From: Marinagarivorans sp.
GTDB taxonomy: Bacteria; Pseudomonadota; Gammaproteobacteria; Pseudomonadales; Cellvibrionaceae
Reading direction: 5' to 3'
DNA: 64,000 bases
Assembly (NCBI GenBank): GCA_046347475.1
Contig: JAXMGD010000003.1
Coordinates: 453,242 to 517,241 of the forward strand
This document shows, in pieces, positions 60,879-64,000 of this stretch. Made by a program: the position numbers and the translations under genes. Every line of letters begins with the position of its first letter. The first letter of the stretch is position 1. The notes beneath the pieces were generated by a model. The model made no database searches, had not been told where the DNA came from, and was given only the letters and a program-made list of their open reading frames with translations.

Positions 60879-60950
60879 GGGGAAGGACCTTTTGGCTCAA
60901 ATCTTTACCCTGTGACTCTGCGTGCCGGTTTAGTTGTGTAAAGGCATGAA

Positions 60951-60985
60951 TAAAAACCGCCTAAGGCTTTGCGCCTTAGGCGGTT
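60951..60985. terminator. Rho-independent terminator between convergent genes
   Basis: Perfect 11-bp stem ccgcctaaggc / gccttaggcgg with a 5-nt loop. U-tract on the minus-strand side (taaaaa on +). Confidence 0.75.
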
Positions 60986-60995
60986 GGCCATGCCG

Positions 60996-62711
60996 TTAAA
61001 TTCCGACCCGTGATGGCAGGCGGGTTTGGCATTCGCTGCTGGAGGTGGGCAGTGTGTTTTGTGCCTCTAGACCCTTGGCACTGTACCAAATGCGATACTC
61101 ATCATTGTTGTCAAAACGCAACGCCTGATAAACCGTGCCCTCAATAGTGCGGCTACCGACAGATTTCATGATGGCTTGGTATTTGGCGCCGAGGAATTCA
61201 AAGGTGAGCAGTAGGCTGTAATTATTGGTTTTATTGCCGCGCTCCATCTGGCTCCAAAAACCCTTAATTAATTCGCCGCGGGAATTGCCTTTGCCAAGGC
61301 TGCCATCGGCTTTAGCTTTTTTAATGTATTTTGCACAGGCGGTAAAACTGCCAGCGGTGGCATCGCTGCCGCCGGCAAAATACAGCTCAAATTCAATGTC
61401 TTTTAAATTATTGGGTTTTTGGCCTAAATCCATGTCGGCTACGTGCAGCTGCTTGCCGCCGACAGAATTAAAGGGCACCGCGTTGGCGTCCAGGGCGCCG
61501 AGGTGTTTGATGTTTGCCGGGTTTTTCACATCCTCGGCGGAAAACTCATGTTCCGTTAATTGACTAATATCCGCTTGTTCGCTGCCTAAGCTGGTTAATA
61601 ATTCCTGATGGGACGTGTGGGCGGCGCGGAAAAAATTAAACGCCTCATCAGTGGCGGGGTTTTTTTCTGTTTCGTTAAGCGCTTTTATACCCAGCACCTC
61701 AATGGCGCGCGCACCTGCGCGGGCCTCCTCGGCAGTAGTATTGGCTGTGGGCGGCAGGAGCTGATTAATTAAGGGATTTAACTGCTGAAGGCGGTCCACA
61801 ATGACATCAAACTTTCCGTCATCGCTACTTTGTGCCGGCAGTGGCAATTCTTTTTGCTCATAGCGCTTTTGAACCGCTTGTTCGGCATTTTTAGCTACAC
61901 GTTTTAATAAGCTGGCATCGGTTAAGGCCTCATCCACTGAGCCCTCATATTGAGTGAGTGCTTCGGCCAGGGCTTCATAGGCGTGGCCAGATGCATCGCT
62001 GGGCATGCCGTTTTCATCGCCGAGGGCGGTATAAACAGTGGCGATTTTTTTACCCATTAGACTCGCCACTTTATGTAGCTTAATTGCATTATTTAACAGT
62101 GCGCCATCAACCTTGCTGTCGGGGGCTGTGTAGTCGCTATTTAAATCCGTTGTACTCAGGCCTAATTTGGTTAACAGGGCTGAGCTTTGGCTGGCGGTTA
62201 ATCCGCTGGTTAAACTGCTTAAGGGCGAAATAACATGGTTGTTATTTACATCCTGTAAACGCAGGCTTAATTGCCCGGTAAAAGGCTCTCCGGTCAGCGT
62301 ATCGTAGCCGCCGGTAATGCGCAGGCTGGCATTATCGTATTGGCGGGCCGGTTTTAAACAATATTGGCTTTCTTCTGCCGTGCTCGTATCGGCGCAATAA
62401 TTTTTTTGGCTGTTGGGATTATAGCTGAAATAACCTTCGTTATCCGTAAATGCAAATGGCTCCCAGGCATCGCGCACACCATTATTATCGCTGTCGATAT
62501 ACACTTTGGCGCGCGCTAAATGGCCGTCAATGGCCAGCCCTTTTAACGCCGTTTGGCTGGGCGCTGTGGTGGTCTGTACGGCCGTGCCGCGATCTTGATT
62601 GCCACCGCCGCAGCTGGAGAGTGCCGCAAGGCTTATTGCCAGCACAGTTAATTTAAAACGCTGTGGAGCAGGCTTGGGCAATTGAATAAGGGATGTACGC
62701 ATAGGGACCAC
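60996..62711 (-). CDS. Hypothetical lipoprotein (571 aa)
   Basis: Signal peptide and lipobox LSSCGGG. No family recognised. Confidence 0.65.
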   Translation of the reverse strand: MVPMRTSLIQLPKPAPQRFKLTVLAISLAALSSCGGGNQDRGTAVQTTTAPSQTALKGLAIDGHLARAKVYIDSDNNGVRDAWEPFAFTDNEGYFSYNPNSQKNYCADTSTAEESQYCLKPARQYDNASLRITGGYDTLTGEPFTGQLSLRLQDVNNNHVISPLSSLTSGLTASQSSALLTKLGLSTTDLNSDYTAPDSKVDGALLNNAIKLHKVASLMGKKIATVYTALGDENGMPSDASGHAYEALAEALTQYEGSVDEALTDASLLKRVAKNAEQAVQKRYEQKELPLPAQSSDDGKFDVIVDRLQQLNPLINQLLPPTANTTAEEARAGARAIEVLGIKALNETEKNPATDEAFNFFRAAHTSHQELLTSLGSEQADISQLTEHEFSAEDVKNPANIKHLGALDANAVPFNSVGGKQLHVADMDLGQKPNNLKDIEFELYFAGGSDATAGSFTACAKYIKKAKADGSLGKGNSRGELIKGFWSQMERGNKTNNYSLLLTFEFLGAKYQAIMKSVGSRTIEGTVYQALRFDNNDEYRIWYSAKGLEAQNTLPTSSSECQTRLPSRVGI

Positions 62712-62789
62712 TTTTACCTCGTTGAATAACTATTAATTCGTCGGCCTCCCTACCGCCATTAACAACCCGGCTTTTAATAGCGCAGGGTT

Positions 62790-63947
62790 TTAAAACTGTT
62801 CTGCAATTGCCAATGCAAAACCAAAACTGCGCGGCAGATCGCTGCCATCGACGCGGGTACTATCAAGCGCCCAGGACACATCTAAACTCACCCCTTTAAA
62901 TTCAATACCCAACGCCAGTTGTGTTAATTGGCTACCGGCGAGATTTTTTTGCAGGCCGCTACGTACATTGGGCAACCAGTGAGTGCTGGGTGCATAGTGT
63001 GCGGAAATCGTTAGCCATTGCTGTTCAGTGCCGACAAAATCGTCGTAGGCGGTGAGATCTAAAGCGGCGGATGCCCAGGCATTGCTCTGCCAATAATAGG
63101 TGCCATCAAGCCCAAGATAGGCTGTTTTTTTGTGTGTTTCGCGGGCTTTAATGTCGCCGCGCACCTGGGCAAAATCGGCGGCGGCTTCGCAGTTCGCGCG
63201 GGCGATGGAATTTTCCGCGCGGGTTTGGCAGTTTTCACCTACCGGGCCGTAATCAAACGAGGGCTGATTTAAATTGTATAAAGTGGCGCCGAGTCTGTAG
63301 CGATCCGCCGCCCAGATAACACCCACATCAAGCCCCGGTGCGGTGGTGGATTGGCTGTTGTTATCGTATTCATCGCGTATAACATCACCTATGTCTTTGC
63401 CATCAAGTTTTTGCAACAAAAAAACCTGTTTACTTAAATCCAAGGCGTATACAGATAATTTGGCTCCGGCGTAGAGTTGGCCGCCGTAGCGTTTTTGATC
63501 AGCCCCATCAAACCAGCCCCTTGAATAACCCAATGCAAAAGCCGTTTGCGTGGCACCTTTTAAATAGGCGGCGGTGGCGGTGCTAAAGGATTTATTTTGT
63601 TCATCGTAGCTGAGCGGGGCGTCCAGTACGCGGGCTAGCACTTGGGTATTAAAGCTGATATCGGCCATTAAAGTGCCGTCCCACAGAGGCATTTTCCAAT
63701 ACAGGGGCATGAGCGGCAGGTGTAATTCGGCGCTATTTTTAACGTAACCTTCGTCACCCATTTTGACCAAAATAGAATTAAATCGGTCTAAAACAGTTTG
63801 TACTGGGTCTTTATTTAAACTGGGGTCATCGATCAGATCGATTAAATCATCCAGATCATCCACAAAATTATCAACCTGACCAATTTCCGTCAGTGTGCTA
63901 AGGCTGGGTGTAAACCCTAAGCGAAATTGTTCGCCATCATTCACCAT
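62790..63947 (-). CDS. Putative outer-membrane beta-barrel protein; N-terminus may lie upstream of the listed Met
   Basis: C-terminal ...FGFALAIAEQF ends in Phe, the classic OMP signature. Alternating amphipathic strands. The listed Met has no signal peptide, so the true start is probably further upstream or beyond the window. Confidence 0.5.
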   Translation of the reverse strand: MVNDGEQFRLGFTPSLSTLTEIGQVDNFVDDLDDLIDLIDDPSLNKDPVQTVLDRFNSILVKMGDEGYVKNSAELHLPLMPLYWKMPLWDGTLMADISFNTQVLARVLDAPLSYDEQNKSFSTATAAYLKGATQTAFALGYSRGWFDGADQKRYGGQLYAGAKLSVYALDLSKQVFLLQKLDGKDIGDVIRDEYDNNSQSTTAPGLDVGVIWAADRYRLGATLYNLNQPSFDYGPVGENCQTRAENSIARANCEAAADFAQVRGDIKARETHKKTAYLGLDGTYYWQSNAWASAALDLTAYDDFVGTEQQWLTISAHYAPSTHWLPNVRSGLQKNLAGSQLTQLALGIEFKGVSLDVSWALDSTRVDGSDLPRSFGFALAIAEQF

Positions 63948-64000
63948 TAAATCCCCTAAAGCGGGGTTTAATGCTCCGGCGTATACACTGTGGTGATCAG

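Overview
This 64-kb window looks like chromosomal DNA from a gammaproteobacterium resembling Cellvibrionales. The taxonomic guess is an inference from GC near 55%, many lipoproteins carrying poly-serine linkers, and numerous two-component systems.

Core genes in order:
- uvrD 5' end (partial).
- A 1259-aa leucine-rich-repeat lipoprotein.
- An MFS transporter.
- An IS256-family insertion sequence with intact inverted repeats and an 8-bp target-site duplication.
- A tryptophan-halogenase-like protein with a LysR regulator.
- A complete urtABCDE-like ABC transporter plus fmdA-fmdB (formamidase) operon.
- A hybrid histidine kinase whose sensor domain is an NCS1-type permease, with a LuxR-type response regulator.
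- rtcR and rtcB with a sigma-54 promoter.
- A PAS kinase, a CheY-like regulator and a REC-PAS-GGDEF-EAL protein.
- ubiA-phoB-phoR.
- A cytochrome-c/DUF1549-1553-like gene paired with a DUF1501-like gene.
- Several serine-linker lipoproteins (malectin-like, HExxH).
- A BaeSR-like two-component pair.

Most interesting non-coding signals:
- About 1 kb of strand-asymmetric, purine-rich sequence with roughly 60 GGA / A(N)GGA motifs, ending in a strong intrinsic terminator. This looks like a very large CsrB/RsmZ-type CsrA-sponge RNA.
- A tRNA-like element lacking the anticodon arm, plus a second tRNA-Met-like element, immediately downstream of rtcB. This is the architecture of bacterial Y RNAs in RtcR-controlled operons.
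- Three families of structured intergenic repeats that cluster into composite palindromic blocks.

Two lower-GC islets (about 41.5-43.6 kb and 56.4-60.9 kb) carry unusual hypothetical and signalling proteins.
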